The position numbers and the translations under genes were made by a program. Shown in pieces: positions 33,427 to 43,887 of a DNA stretch of 64,000 bases. The stretch comes from Truepera sp. (lineage in GTDB: Bacteria > Deinococcota > Deinococci > Deinococcales > Trueperaceae), in contig CBDCKW010000009.1 of NCBI GenBank assembly GCA_965218435.1, forward strand, positions 2,336,001-2,400,000, given 5' to 3'. Under the pieces are notes generated by a model, which did not search any database, was not told the DNA's origin, and was given only the letters and a program-made list of their open reading frames with translations. Numbering within the stretch: position 1 is the stretch's first letter; every line of letters begins with the position of its first letter.

Positions 33427-34860
33427 ATGGCACCTCTATGCACGTTCGTGATCTTCGGTATTACCGGCGACCTCGCCGCCCGCAAACTCATGCCTGCGAT
33501 TTTCGAGCTGCATAAACGCGGGGCGCTTCATCCGGAAACGAAGCTGGTGGGGTACTCGAGGCGTGACTGGGACGACGCCAAGCTTCAAGACGAAATTGAA
33601 AAAGCGTTAAAAAAGTTTGCGCCCAAAGCGTTTGACAAAGAGAAGTGGGGCACGCTCGCCCCGCGCTTTTCGTTCGTCTCAGGCGGCTACGACGATGACG
33701 CCGGGTTTGATAAACTGTCTGCTCATCTGAACGAACTCGGCCTCCCTGACCGCATTTTTTACACTTCAACCCCGCCGAGCACCTACGGCGGCATCGTTGA
33801 ACATTTAGGGCGCGCGGGCCTTAACCGCAGTCAGGACCAGGGCGGCGGCTGGGTGCGCTTGGTGATTGAGAAACCGTTCGGTGACGACCTCGAGAGCGCC
33901 CAAGAGCTTAACAAAACCGTGTTGGAAAACTTCGATGAGTCACAGGTTTACCGGATTGACCACTACCTTGCCAAAGAGACGGCACAAAATATCGCAGCGT
34001 TGCGCTTTGCCAACTCGATCTTTGAACCTACCTGGAATTCGCAGTTTGTAGACCACGTACAGATCACGATGGCCGAACCGATGGGCATCGAAGGGCGCGG
34101 CTCGTTTTACGACGAAACCGGCGTGATCCGCGACGTGATACAAAACCACCTGTTGCAGCTCGTGGCGCTCACCGCCACCGAACCCCCGAGCCGTTACGAC
34201 GCGGTGAGCGTCCGCGACGAAAAGGTCAAGGTCTTTCAGGCGATGACGTGCGCCGACCCCGCGTCCGCCGTAATCGGGCAGTACCGGGGCTACAGGGACG
34301 AACCCGACGTCAGCAAGAGTTCACATCAAGGAACCTACGCGGCTTTAGAGCTGAGTATCTCGAACTGGCGTTGGGCCGGAGTGCCGTTTTTTATCCGCAG
34401 CGGCAAAGCCCTCAAGTCCAAATCGAGTGAGATCGTGGTGGTCTATAAACGCCCGCCGCACATTCCTTTTGAACTGCGCAGCCCGGTTAAACCCGACCGC
34501 ATCATCTTACGGCTGCAACCCAATGAAGGCATTAGCCTCCGTTTCGTCGCCAAACGGCCGGGGCAGGGTGTAAGTCTGAGCCGCGCGAGCATGGACTTTT
34601 ATTACGACGAAGAGTTCGACACCAACGGGCGCGACGCCTACGAGACGCTTTTAGAAGACGTGATGCTGGGCGACGCGACGCTCTTTATGCGCGCGGACGA
34701 GGTTGAAGCGCAGTGGCGCATCGTCGAACCCGTCATCAGTAACTGGGAGCACACCTTTGACGACCCCGCCATGTACGAGCGGGGCAGCTGGGGTCCCGAA
34801 GAGGCCGACGCACTGCTGGCCAAAAGTGGCCGTATCTGGAACATCCCCGAAACCGACTAG
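33427..34860 (+). CDS. zwf: Glucose-6-phosphate dehydrogenase
   Basis: [28 protein letters not shown]. Confidence 0.96.
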   Translation: MAPLCTFVIFGITGDLAARKLMPAIFELHKRGALHPETKLVGYSRRDWDDAKLQDEIEKALKKFAPKAFDKEKWGTLAPRFSFVSGGYDDDAGFDKLSAHLNELGLPDRIFYTSTPPSTYGGIVEHLGRAGLNRSQDQGGGWVRLVIEKPFGDDLESAQELNKTVLENFDESQVYRIDHYLAKETAQNIAALRFANSIFEPTWNSQFVDHVQITMAEPMGIEGRGSFYDETGVIRDVIQNHLLQLVALTATEPPSRYDAVSVRDEKVKVFQAMTCADPASAVIGQYRGYRDEPDVSKSSHQGTYAALELSISNWRWAGVPFFIRSGKALKSKSSEIVVVYKRPPHIPFELRSPVKPDRIILRLQPNEGISLRFVAKRPGQGVSLSRASMDFYYDEEFDTNGRDAYETLLEDVMLGDATLFMRADEVEAQWRIVEPVISNWEHTFDDPAMYERGSWGPEEADALLAKSGRIWNIPETD

Positions 34861-34884
34861 GTTAGGGCACATTAGGAGAACCTG

Positions 34885-35106
34885 ATGGACAGACCCAAAC
34901 GCGATTACGACTCACCCGAACAACCCGACCACGAAAACCCCGGTGAGAGCACCGGCGAGTCGTTTGACCGCTCACAACCCGAGATGACCGAAGAAACCCT
35001 GCTAGTTGAAGAACTTAGCGAAACCACAGACCCCGAAGAGCGAGACGAACTCGAGGACGACCTAGAAGAGGTTTCAGACGACGTAGCGGACGAGAACAGC
35101 AAGTAG
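34885..35106 (+). CDS. Small highly acidic hypothetical protein
   Basis: AGGAG RBS, 73 aa D/E-rich. Confidence 0.65.
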   Translation: MDRPKRDYDSPEQPDHENPGESTGESFDRSQPEMTEETLLVEELSETTDPEERDELEDDLEEVSDDVADENSK

Positions 35107-35139
35107 TGAAAACAGAGAGTAGTTAGGCACAGCGACTAG

Positions 35140-35168
35140 GAACGTGGGCGCAACTTCGGCCTACGTTC
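35140..35168 (+). terminator. Hairpin after the zwf operon
   Basis: GAACGTGGGC...GCCTACGTTC; no strong U tract. Confidence 0.4.
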
Positions 35169-35312
35169 TGCGTTAGAGTCGTCTTCTCACATATAGCTTT
35201 AACTCACTAAACAGCTTTGTTGAGTGCGCCCGTGCCTTGATGTATATCTAATTGCATCTTTGCAAAAACTTCCAAATTCGCGTCCCTGACGTGCTTTGTG
35301 CTAGCTTAAGGC

Positions 35313-36197
35313 ATGGCAGATATCAGTGTGTTGGGAATTCCTCTTGACTTAGGCGCAGGACGACGCGGCGTTGACATGGGACCGAGCGCACTCCGGCTCG
35401 CTGGTTTAGCAACGAGCCTAAAAACCTTGGGACACACCGTTTTTGATCACGGCAACGTGCAGATGCCGGTCGCTGAGGCGCTGATGAGCAGCAACGGCCT
35501 GCACTACGCCGAGACGATTGCCGAAACGTGCCATCAGGCGTTTTTAGAGCTGACCCGTGTCCCAAAAGACAGTTTTCCTATCGCGTTGGGCGGCGACCAT
35601 TCGGTCTCACTGGGGAGCGTCGCAGGTGTCGCGCAAGCTGGGCACACCGGCGTGATCTGGATTGACGCGCACGCCGACCTCAATACGCCCCGGAGCAGTC
35701 CGAGCGGCAACATCCACGGAATGCCGCTCTCGCACCTGCTAGGACAGGGCGACTCGAGACTCCTTAATATCTGGGGCAGCGGCGCGGTGCTGCGTCCGCA
35801 AGACCTCGTGTTTATCGGCCTGCGGAGCCTCGACCCGTTCGAGCGGGCCTTCATCCGCGAGCACGAGATTCGCGCTTACACCATGAAAGAGATTGACAAA
35901 CGCGGGTTGGCTGTCGTCGCTGAAGAGGCCGTGGAATATCTCTCAGACGTGCCGAGACTGCACGTCTCGTTTGACGCCGACGCGCTCGACCCGACGATTG
36001 CGCCGGGCGTCGGCACCCCCGTACCGGGCGGCCTCAGCTACCGCGAAGCGCACCTCTTGATGGAACTTTTAGCCGATTCGGAAAAGGTGACGAGTTTGGA
36101 TTTGGTTGAGGTCAACCCTGTGCTAGACGTGAAAAATACGACGGGCCGAATTATGGTCGAGATGGCCGCGTCGCTGCTGGGGAAGGCGATTTTGTAA
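35313..36197 (+). CDS. rocF: Arginase
   Basis: GVDMGP, GGDHS, DAHADLN, SGNIHGMP, SFDADALDP, EVNP. Confidence 0.95.
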   Translation: MADISVLGIPLDLGAGRRGVDMGPSALRLAGLATSLKTLGHTVFDHGNVQMPVAEALMSSNGLHYAETIAETCHQAFLELTRVPKDSFPIALGGDHSVSLGSVAGVAQAGHTGVIWIDAHADLNTPRSSPSGNIHGMPLSHLLGQGDSRLLNIWGSGAVLRPQDLVFIGLRSLDPFERAFIREHEIRAYTMKEIDKRGLAVVAEEAVEYLSDVPRLHVSFDADALDPTIAPGVGTPVPGGLSYREAHLLMELLADSEKVTSLDLVEVNPVLDVKNTTGRIMVEMAASLLGKAIL

Positions 36198-36245
36198 AGA
36201 GTCTTGTCTTGTACACACGTTTTTAGGGTGATAGAGTGGCCTCTA

Positions 36246-37106
36246 GTGTTTGAAGGTTTCAAGCTCGAGATGGTTGAGCTACCCGGCGCTACCTTACGGG
36301 TGCGGCATGGCGGTTCGGGCTCACCTGTTCTACTCCTCCATGGGCATCCGCGAACGCACACGACCTGGCACTGTGTCGCCCCCATCCTCGCACAAAACCA
36401 TACCGTCGTGTGCCCTGACCTGCGCGGTTTCGGCGGCTCGTCAAAGCCTGCCGATTCTCCCTATCATGAGGGTTCTTCAAAACGTGCCAAGGCAAACGAT
36501 GGGATCGCCCTGATGCGGCAGTTGGGTTATGAACGCTTTGCAGTTGTTGGTCATGACCGGGGTGCTTACACTGCGTTTCGCATGGCCTTAGACCACCCGA
36601 GACAGGTCAGCCAACTTGTCATCTTAGACGCTGTACCTATCCTCGAGGCGCTCGAGCGTTGTGACGCGAAGTTCGCTACTTTGTGGTGGCACTGGTTTTT
36701 CTTCGGTCAAGCCGAAAAACCTGAGCAGGCAATCCTTGCCGACCCCGACAGATGGTACGGCGCAGATGCAGCAAAAGCGTCTATGGCACAAGACGCCTTC
36801 GACGACTTTTACAAAGCCATCAACGACCCTGCGACCGTTCACACCATGATTGAGGACTACCGTGCCGGACTTAGCATTGACCGGTTTCACGATGAAGCAG
36901 ACCGCGCAGCAGGGCGACAGGTTACTTGTCCGACGCTCGTCGGCTGGTCACTCAAAGATGATCTCGAGGAACTGTACGGAGATGTGCTAGACGTATGGAA
37001 ACCCTGGGCAAGCAACTTACAAGGCTTTTCGATGAACTGCGGTCATCACATGGCTGAAGAAGCGCCGGAGGAACTGGCTGAACACCTCACGTCATTTCTT
37101 GACTAG
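36246..37106 (+). CDS. Fluoroacetate-dehalogenase-like alpha/beta hydrolase
   Basis: LLHGHP, GHDRG, WWHWFF, EDYRAG, CGHHMAEE; start GTG 36246. Confidence 0.88.
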   Translation: MFEGFKLEMVELPGATLRVRHGGSGSPVLLLHGHPRTHTTWHCVAPILAQNHTVVCPDLRGFGGSSKPADSPYHEGSSKRAKANDGIALMRQLGYERFAVVGHDRGAYTAFRMALDHPRQVSQLVILDAVPILEALERCDAKFATLWWHWFFFGQAEKPEQAILADPDRWYGADAAKASMAQDAFDDFYKAINDPATVHTMIEDYRAGLSIDRFHDEADRAAGRQVTCPTLVGWSLKDDLEELYGDVLDVWKPWASNLQGFSMNCGHHMAEEAPEELAEHLTSFLD

Positions 37107-37124
37107 CAACGTTTCATCTTGTCT

Positions 37125-37544
37125 TTACGCATCCCGAGCCAAAGGATGCTTAGGTGTAAACTCTAATAAATCCCAAAGGTTGCCGTAGAGGTCTTTGAAG
37201 ACTGCCACCGTACCGTACTCCGCCTGTTTGGGTTCACGGATAAACTCGATACCTTGCGAAACCATCTCATGATAGTCGCGCCAAAAGTCATCGGTGCGGA
37301 GAAATAAAAAGACTCGGCCGCCGGACTGGTTACCGACAAACGCCTCTTGTTCCGGAGTGGAGGCTCGAGCTAGCAGCAGATTCGTGCCAGCTGAACCGGG
37401 CGGCGACACGACAACCCAGCGTTTATCTTGCTCAGCTTGGTAGGTGTCTTCTAATAGCGTGAAGTGGAGCTTTCGGGTATAAAACTCGAGTGCCTCGTCG
37501 TAATCTCGGACGACCAGCGCGACGTGGACGATAGCCTGTTCCAT
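37125..37544 (-). CDS. VOC/glyoxalase family protein
   Basis: VRDYDEALEFY, YGTVAVFKDLYGNLWDL. Confidence 0.92.
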   Translation of the reverse strand: MEQAIVHVALVVRDYDEALEFYTRKLHFTLLEDTYQAEQDKRWVVVSPPGSAGTNLLLARASTPEQEAFVGNQSGGRVFLFLRTDDFWRDYHEMVSQGIEFIREPKQAEYGTVAVFKDLYGNLWDLLEFTPKHPLARDA

Positions 37545-37548
37545 CCAG

Positions 37549-38445
37549 CTAGTCTGTACTCAGCCCGTAACTCGACAAGTCGTACGCGTTCAACACCTGT
37601 TTAAGCCGGGGGATGTAACGCTCTAAAGCTGCGTCTCCGGCGGTCATCGCCACTTCCGCGCCGCGAAAGTTAAACCAGCTGATGGGCGGCTGCGTGTGGA
37701 CGTAGAGCGCCTCATCGGATAAGATTTGCGGCGTCTGCCACGCAGTCATGGTGTGTGCGAGCGAGCGCCCGAGTTGCCGCATCGGATGTGCGCCGGGGTG
37801 GTCACGCAGAGTTTTGTGAACACGTTGCCCCATTCGGGTCGTGAGCCACCGCTGTGCAAAACGGATCGCGCCTGAGTCGGCCTCTTCTAACCCGGCCCCA
37901 ATCCCGAGCGCCACGTCGAGGTCAAACCCCTCGAGCGTCGCTAACGGTAGCGGTGACCCGAGGCCGCCATCCACCAAAAACTTACCGTCCAGCTCAACGG
38001 GTGAAAAAACGCCCGGCATCGAGGCGCTGGCACGGAGGGCGCGGGCTAGTGGCCCGGTGGTAAGGTCAACGCGTTCGCCCGTCGCTAGGTCGGTGGCTAC
38101 CACCACGAGCGTACGCTCGAGGTCGCTAAAGCTGCGCCCTTCGACGAGTTCGTCCAGGTAGGTCTCGAGCTTATCTCCCGAAAAAAGGGCCGCTTTGTGC
38201 AGCCCGAAGTCGAGCACTCTGGAAAGGTCGCGCCAACGCATACTGTTGGCTGTTTGCGCGATCTCTTGCGGCGTCAGACCCGACGCGTAAAGCGCACCGA
38301 CGATGGCCCCAAAACTCGTCCCGACGACTAGGCTAGGCGCGAAGCCGTGACGCTCTAAAGCCGAGAGCGCACCGATGTGGGCAAAGCCTCGAGCACTCCC
38401 GCCACCTAACGCCACGCCGATTTTTGGGGGAGCTGAGACCGTCAT
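37549..38445 (-). CDS. Patatin-like phospholipase
   Basis: GGGSARG, GTSFG, VDGG. Confidence 0.92.
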   Translation of the reverse strand: MTVSAPPKIGVALGGGSARGFAHIGALSALERHGFAPSLVVGTSFGAIVGALYASGLTPQEIAQTANSMRWRDLSRVLDFGLHKAALFSGDKLETYLDELVEGRSFSDLERTLVVVATDLATGERVDLTTGPLARALRASASMPGVFSPVELDGKFLVDGGLGSPLPLATLEGFDLDVALGIGAGLEEADSGAIRFAQRWLTTRMGQRVHKTLRDHPGAHPMRQLGRSLAHTMTAWQTPQILSDEALYVHTQPPISWFNFRGAEVAMTAGDAALERYIPRLKQVLNAYDLSSYGLSTD

Positions 38446-38522
38446 GTTCAGCTAGTATAGCCCCCGTTCCTTATAATCGCCTGTGTAGTACTCGGCTTCT
38501 GCCGTAAAGTACCTAACCCTTT

Positions 38523-39389
38523 ATGACTGACGACACCCTGACCCTCCTCGTCATGCACTACCGTACCCCGGACGTGCTAAGGGCGTGCCTAGAAAAACTC
38601 GCTGCTTTTGCCCCTAACGCACGCGTGATCGTGCTCGACAGCAGTCCGCCGGACGAAACGCCCTGCACTGCGACCGAGCTCTTAAAAGTTCCCAATCACA
38701 GTTTCGCTTACATGGTCAACTACGGCCTCAAACTTGTAACGACACCCTACGCCGCACATCTGAACGCGGACGTATTTACCGAGCCGGAGACGTTGCCGCA
38801 ACTTTTAGCGGCGGTGCAGCAACCGGGCGTCGGGATGGTCGGGCCGACGGTTAGAACCCCGGACGGTAAGCTGCAAAACCAAGGATTTCCTTACCGCCGA
38901 CATTACCGGAGGCTAAACCGCAGCACCCAAGCTGTCTCGGTGCCGTGGCTTTCAGGCTGTTTGCAACTCGTGCGTATGGAGGCTGTTGCCGCTGTGGGCG
39001 GGATGGACGCCTCGCTGCGGTTCTACAACGAAGACATGGAGTGGTGTTTCCGGTTTCAGCGCACAGGCTGGGCGTGTCATTTGGTCAAGACCGAAGTCTT
39101 ACACCTTGGCGGCAGCTCTACGCCCAAAGACCTGCGGTTTACCCTCGAGGGCTACCGGGGCGGGTACAAACTCTCGCAGCGGTATCACGGCGCGGTTTAT
39201 CAGGGTTTACACCGGGGCGTGGTGAGGGCGCAGAGTGCTTGGGACAAGCGGTTTAGCCGTGACCCGGTGCAGCAGCAAGCAGCAGCGCAAATCAGTGAGA
39301 TGTTTCGGTCAGGTGAGTTCGATGAAAGTCCGTTCGGAGAAATACTGACGGATAGTAACCCTCGGTTTTTAACGAGCCCGATAAGATAA
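38523..39389 (+). CDS. Family 2 glycosyltransferase
   Basis: LNADV, WLSGCL, FYNEDMEWC, HLGGSS. Confidence 0.88.
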   Translation: MTDDTLTLLVMHYRTPDVLRACLEKLAAFAPNARVIVLDSSPPDETPCTATELLKVPNHSFAYMVNYGLKLVTTPYAAHLNADVFTEPETLPQLLAAVQQPGVGMVGPTVRTPDGKLQNQGFPYRRHYRRLNRSTQAVSVPWLSGCLQLVRMEAVAAVGGMDASLRFYNEDMEWCFRFQRTGWACHLVKTEVLHLGGSSTPKDLRFTLEGYRGGYKLSQRYHGAVYQGLHRGVVRAQSAWDKRFSRDPVQQQAAAQISEMFRSGEFDESPFGEILTDSNPRFLTSPIR

Positions 39390-39468
39390 ACAAAGTCTCT
39401 CCCACTACATAAACATAGAAGAGACACGGACAATTTAGCAATTTATAGACCTATAGGGAAGCTCAAGG

Positions 39469-39996
39469 TTATTGAAATGAAATGCTAACCGAATCACCCG
39501 AATCAGTATTGGGAGCTAATTCTCTTTCGGGCTCGTAGTATACAAAAGGGTAAAGGACTACATTATCAGCTTCATCCAGCGTAAAGGAAAAAGAATGCTC
39601 AAATGTTCGTTTTTCCCCACGTCTTAACACTATATCGGGGAACTTCTCAAAGTAGGTTGAGCCGTTCAGTAAGCGGTACTTAGCAGACAAGGCGTTATTG
39701 ATAGGCTTGCAAAAGCCTTCTGGGTTAATAAAACTTCTATCCGCACCCATACCCTCGGTGAAACACGCTCCGATGCTGACTGAGAGAGGTACCTCCGCAA
39801 ATGTGCTTCTTGCGTCTACCTCGAGCGTTGCTCCTAGGGTAACAACTACCTCGTCACCAATTTTGGCCTGTTTAGGTTGCGACGTTATAGTTACGGGATT
39901 AACATCAATTCGGTCGTTAATCGCAGCTAACTCGTTAGTACAGGCACTGAGCAGCGGCACAAACGCCAAGAGCAGTGGTAATAATTTCGCTTTCAT
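39469..39996 (-). CDS. Hypothetical lipoprotein, AT-rich
   Basis: MKAK...LLSAC lipobox. Confidence 0.75.
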   Translation of the reverse strand: MKAKLLPLLLAFVPLLSACTNELAAINDRIDVNPVTITSQPKQAKIGDEVVVTLGATLEVDARSTFAEVPLSVSIGACFTEGMGADRSFINPEGFCKPINNALSAKYRLLNGSTYFEKFPDIVLRRGEKRTFEHSFSFTLDEADNVVLYPFVYYEPERELAPNTDSGDSVSISFQ

Positions 39997-40070
39997 AGCA
40001 GTAGCCTTTCTAAAGCTAGATTTTATTAAGCTAGGTTGTCATAAAGCTCTACCGTCTGGCAAACGATTCC

Positions 40071-40991
40071 TTAACGCAGCGGCACACTAAAGCCAAACTC
40101 ATTGCCAGCCTCGAGCGGCCTGCCCCACGCTTCCCCGCCCCAACGGTTGGCTATCGAGCGGACGATGTAGAGCCCTAGCCCCGTCCCCTTGACCTTGACG
40201 CCGCGCCCCCTCGAGTGCGGTTCAAAAAGCCCTTCAATGGTCTTTTCCGGGAGCGGCTGCCCTTCATCCCGGACTGAGACGCGGACCCACGCGCCCTGCA
40301 TGTCAGCGCGTAAAAAGATCGTTTTGTCGTCGGGACCGTGAACGGCGGCGTTCTCGAGCAGGTTGATTAAAACTTGCAAAAGTTTGTCCGCGTCGGCTAA
40401 GACAGTAAAGGGCGGGACGTCGCACTCGAGCTTCACTTTATGCTCTAAAAAGGTGTCGTGCAAAAGTGCGAGTGCCCGTGAGACAACCTCACGGAGCGCC
40501 AACGAGCGGAGTTTGGGTGGCCGCACGTCTACCGTCAGGTCGTTTAAGAGCCGGACCAACCGCTCGGTTTCGGCTTCAGCGCGACCTAAAAAGCGTTCGC
40601 GCTGCGTTTCCTCGAGCGGATAACGCAGCGCCTCCAAGGTTGAGCGAATGGTCGTCGTGGGCGTTCTAAGCTCGTGCGACAACACCGCCAAAAGTTCGCG
40701 GGCACTCTCCTGGGCGCGGCGCGTCTCGCTCAGGTCATGAAGAATCAAGCACTCGGGTGTGGCCGAAGCGCGTAAGATGCGGCCTCGAGTCTCTATTTCG
40801 CTACTCTGACCGGTTAAAAAGACGGCCTCGAGCCGGTGGTCACGCAAGACGCTGATCAGCGGCGCACCCCTTACGCCTTCGGGTTCTACTTCTAAAAACC
40901 GCCCCGCTGCCGCGTTGAGCCGCACCACCCGGTCGCCCTGTACAATGAGGATACCTTCAGCTAACTCGTCAAAGTAAGGCGGGACGGACAC
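40071..40991 (-). CDS. phoR: Soluble PhoR-like sensor histidine kinase
   Basis: SHELRTP, NLLENA, GTGLGLYIV; follows phoB; start GTG 40991. Confidence 0.8.
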   Translation of the reverse strand: MSVPPYFDELAEGILIVQGDRVVRLNAAAGRFLEVEPEGVRGAPLISVLRDHRLEAVFLTGQSSEIETRGRILRASATPECLILHDLSETRRAQESARELLAVLSHELRTPTTTIRSTLEALRYPLEETQRERFLGRAEAETERLVRLLNDLTVDVRPPKLRSLALREVVSRALALLHDTFLEHKVKLECDVPPFTVLADADKLLQVLINLLENAAVHGPDDKTIFLRADMQGAWVRVSVRDEGQPLPEKTIEGLFEPHSRGRGVKVKGTGLGLYIVRSIANRWGGEAWGRPLEAGNEFGFSVPLR

Positions 40992-40992
40992 C

Positions 40993-41655
40993 TTACTCCG
41001 GCCCTTTGAGGCGGTAACCCCGGCCCCGTACGGTTTCAATCAGGTCGGCTGATAGCAGTGCCCGGAGCTGCGCGACGTGCTGGTCAACGGTGCGCTCAGT
41101 CCCCAAAAAGTCTTCACCCCATACCCGGTCTAAAAGTTCGGTACGCGAAAACACGCGCCCCGGCGACGCACATAAAAAAGCCAACAGCTCAAACTCGCGC
41201 CGCGTTAGGGTCAAAGGACGGCCCTTATAGCTGGCACTTCCCTGACGTTCGTCTAACGTAAGTGCTCCCACCTTATGCACGCGGGCGGGCTCGGTGCGCC
41301 GCAAAAGTGCCCGGAGCCGCGCCACGAGTTCGGCTACCGAAAACGGTTTGACGAGGTAATCGTCCGCACCTGAGTTGAGACCCTGCACCTTGTCGGTCTC
41401 ACTGGCGCGGGCAGTGAGCATCAACACGGGTTGGCCTTCACCCTTCGTGGTTTGCCGCAAACGTTGCAACCAGTCCACGCCGGAGCCGTCCGGGAGCATC
41501 CAGTCGAGCACCACGGCGTCGGCTTCAGAGACGTGCTTCCAAGCCTCCTCGAGCGTTTCGGCCTCAGTGACCCGAAAGCCTGCCTGCGTCAGGTGAAACG
41601 AGAGCAGTTCACGCACCGCCAGTTCGTCTTCAATGACTAGGATGTGTGCGCTCAC
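40993..41655 (-). CDS. phoB: PhoB-like OmpR family response regulator
   Basis: LDWMLP, MLTAR, GADDYLVKPF, RTVDQHV, ETVRGRGY; near phoU. Confidence 0.85.
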   Translation of the reverse strand: MSAHILVIEDELAVRELLSFHLTQAGFRVTEAETLEEAWKHVSEADAVVLDWMLPDGSGVDWLQRLRQTTKGEGQPVLMLTARASETDKVQGLNSGADDYLVKPFSVAELVARLRALLRRTEPARVHKVGALTLDERQGSASYKGRPLTLTRREFELLAFLCASPGRVFSRTELLDRVWGEDFLGTERTVDQHVAQLRALLSADLIETVRGRGYRLKGPE

Positions 41656-41708
41656 GACATCTGCACTTCGGTAAGACTCGCCACGATACGCCGGTACTTC
41701 ACAAGCTG

Positions 41709-41741
41709 ATTCTAGCTACCTGTTTGTCAGAGTGCCGTCAG
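41709..41741 (-). promoter_or_regulatory. Putative Pho box plus -10 for phoBR
   Basis: Minus strand CTGACG-N5-CTGACA-N10-TAGAAT. Confidence 0.65.
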
Positions 41742-41760
41742 CTGGGTCTATACTCGGTGC

Positions 41761-42263
41761 ATGTCTTTGGGTCGCAATCTAAGTAGCGAGCCGCTTCCCG
41801 GTTACCTAGAGGTTATCGGCCTCGAGTTGTGGCGGTTAGCAGATGCTCGTGACCGCACCCTCAACGCTGTTGGGAATTGACGCAAGCTCAGCTCGAGACC
41901 TAAACACCCAGCGGCAACACCATCAGCACGCTGTACCATCTCGCCGCCACCGAAACCGATTGGTTCTGCGCCGAATTACAAGAGGATTTTTCGGAAGATA
42001 TTTCGGCGTATTTCCAGCCGATGTCCGGGATGAAGACACCTCAGCTGGGTTACGGGAGAGAGCCTCGAGACCCATTTGGCACGGCTCGAGTTCGTCCGAG
42101 CACAGTTGCCGGAACGCTTTACGGGCATAGACGAAACCGAATACCGGCGGCTCGGGCACCTGCGGATTACGACGTTTCACCGCAGTAGGTGGTGCATCAC
42201 CTCGCGCAGCACGAAGCCCTGCACCGGGGGCAGCTTTTAGCTGCCCTTAACGCTGACAGCTGA
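41761..42263 (+). pseudogene. DinB/YfiT family pseudogene
   Basis: Fragments GNTISTLYHLAATETDW and SPQ*VVHHLAQHEALHRGQL across several frameshifts and stops; TATACT-N6-ATG. Confidence 0.8.
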
Positions 42264-42291
42264 CGCTCTCCTGACAGCCTCCTCTCATAGT
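42260..42291 (+). promoter_or_regulatory. Putative Pho box plus -10 for phoU
   Basis: CTGACG-N5-CTGACA-N9-CATAGT, 6 nt before ATG 42298. Confidence 0.65.
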
Positions 42292-42297
42292 TGAGAA

Positions 42298-42966
42298 ATG
42301 TTACGCTCTGAGCCTATGACTGCGCTTGACCACAACTTGCAAGAGATCACCGCGTCGGTGGTGCGGATGCTTTCTCTCGTCCGCGAATCGGTCGGCCTCG
42401 CCAAACGCGCCCTGATCGACGCCGAACCGGGAGCCGCCGAGCTGTGCGCCGAAAATGACCTCAAGATAGACGCGCTCGAGGCTGACATTGACCAGACTAT
42501 CCTGACCGTGATCGCCCGCCGCCAACCTGCCGCGTCGGACTTACGCCAGTTAGGGGCGCTGCACCGCACCTTAGCCGAAATCGAACGCGCCGGGGACAAC
42601 GCCCGCCACGTCGCCCGCGTCGGCGCAGAACTCGCTGAAAAACCACCGATCAAAAAATATGTGGACACCGAACGCATCTTTGAAATCCTCAACGTGATGA
42701 TTGAAACGACTATTCGGGCGATTGCTGAGGGAGACGTTAAAGCGGCTCAGCTCGCCCTCAGCATGGACGACGAGATTGACGACTTGTACGAGCAGATTCA
42801 GCGCGAGTTACTCACCTATATGATGGAGAATCCCAAGATCATCTCGCAGGCGACCAAACTTCTCAGCATGGCGCGGTACTTAGAACGCGTCGGCGACCAC
42901 TTTGAAAACGTCAATGAACACGCGATTTACTGGCTGACCGGCGAGCGGGTTATCAAGGTGGGCTGA
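42298..42966 (+). CDS. phoU: Phosphate signalling protein PhoU
   Basis: RRQPAASDLR, IERAGD, DDEIDDLY, YLERVGDH. Confidence 0.95.
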   Translation: MLRSEPMTALDHNLQEITASVVRMLSLVRESVGLAKRALIDAEPGAAELCAENDLKIDALEADIDQTILTVIARRQPAASDLRQLGALHRTLAEIERAGDNARHVARVGAELAEKPPIKKYVDTERIFEILNVMIETTIRAIAEGDVKAAQLALSMDDEIDDLYEQIQRELLTYMMENPKIISQATKLLSMARYLERVGDHFENVNEHAIYWLTGERVIKVG

Positions 42967-42982
42967 GCCCCCATAAAATTCA

Positions 42983-43001
42983 CCCGTAAGACTTTTACGG
43001 G
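42983..43001 (+). terminator. Hairpin after phoU
   Basis: CCCGTAAG-ACT-TTTACGGG. Confidence 0.4.
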
Positions 43002-43061
43002 GGCGTAAAACCCTTGTGCAGAACTCGGCCACCGTAAACATGAGCGTGCTAGGCTGTTCGG

Positions 43062-43865
43062 GTGAGAGTTGGGCGAAAGACCGAACGCTTTAGCGACTTC
43101 GGCGAACGGCCTTACTACTTGGAGGCGCTGCGCTTCGCGGCGCTACAGTTTTCTTTATTTTCGCTATGTCTAGTCCTGAGCTTCTCGAGCACCCTGCTGC
43201 TAGCTCAGATTGACGTTGCCGGACAAGCTCGAGCAGCCCTGAGAAACGGGAGTCGCCAAGTTTTGCTGCTGGCGCTTGGGCCGCCCCGCGTCGGCATTCA
43301 GATCGGGCATGACGGCGCTGCCGAGCAGCCCAGTGAACTCGCACATTTGCGCTTTAATACCGGTGGGTTTGCGGGCGGACTCAGTGAACTTGCGGTTAAC
43401 CGCAGCGTGGCTAAAGCGTTAAAGGGGGTGTTGGAGGCCGAGGGCGTTACCGTTGACCTGCTCCGGGCAACGCCGCCGGTAAGTTATCACGCCGACCTGC
43501 TCTTGGCCGTTCACGCCGACAGCGTGTCAGACCCTGCACGAACCGGCTACAAATCGGCCTATTTCGACCCACCCCGGAGCGGGCTCGAGCCTGAACTTAA
43601 AGCCCTGGTAGATGCCAACTATCTGCAGGCAACCGGCCTCCCGGATGACGCTGCAAACACCACTGACGCGATGCGCCACTACTACGCCTTTAATTTTCGG
43701 GGCTACCACCACACCGTTCACCCGGCGACGCCCGCACTGATTGTCGAACTCGGGTATCTGAGTAACCCGGTAGACGCCACCTTGTTACGTGAACCGGACG
43801 TTTTGGCGGACGCGCTTGCAGAGGGCGTTATAAACTTTTTGGAACAGCGGAATCGGTTGCCCTAA
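43062..43865 (+). CDS. N-acetylmuramoyl-L-alanine amidase (Amidase_3)
   Basis: IQIGH, ELAVN, AVHAD, ALIVELGYLSN; TAGGCT-N6-GTG. Confidence 0.85.
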   Translation: MRVGRKTERFSDFGERPYYLEALRFAALQFSLFSLCLVLSFSSTLLLAQIDVAGQARAALRNGSRQVLLLALGPPRVGIQIGHDGAAEQPSELAHLRFNTGGFAGGLSELAVNRSVAKALKGVLEAEGVTVDLLRATPPVSYHADLLLAVHADSVSDPARTGYKSAYFDPPRSGLEPELKALVDANYLQATGLPDDAANTTDAMRHYYAFNFRGYHHTVHPATPALIVELGYLSNPVDATLLREPDVLADALAEGVINFLEQRNRLP

Positions 43866-43887
43866 ACCGAGTTATCTAATTTTGCAG

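Noticed and set aside
35238..35278. ARG boxes upstream of rocF
   Set aside because: AT-rich TGTATA...TGCA elements do not fit the 14-bp ARG spacing well enough to call.
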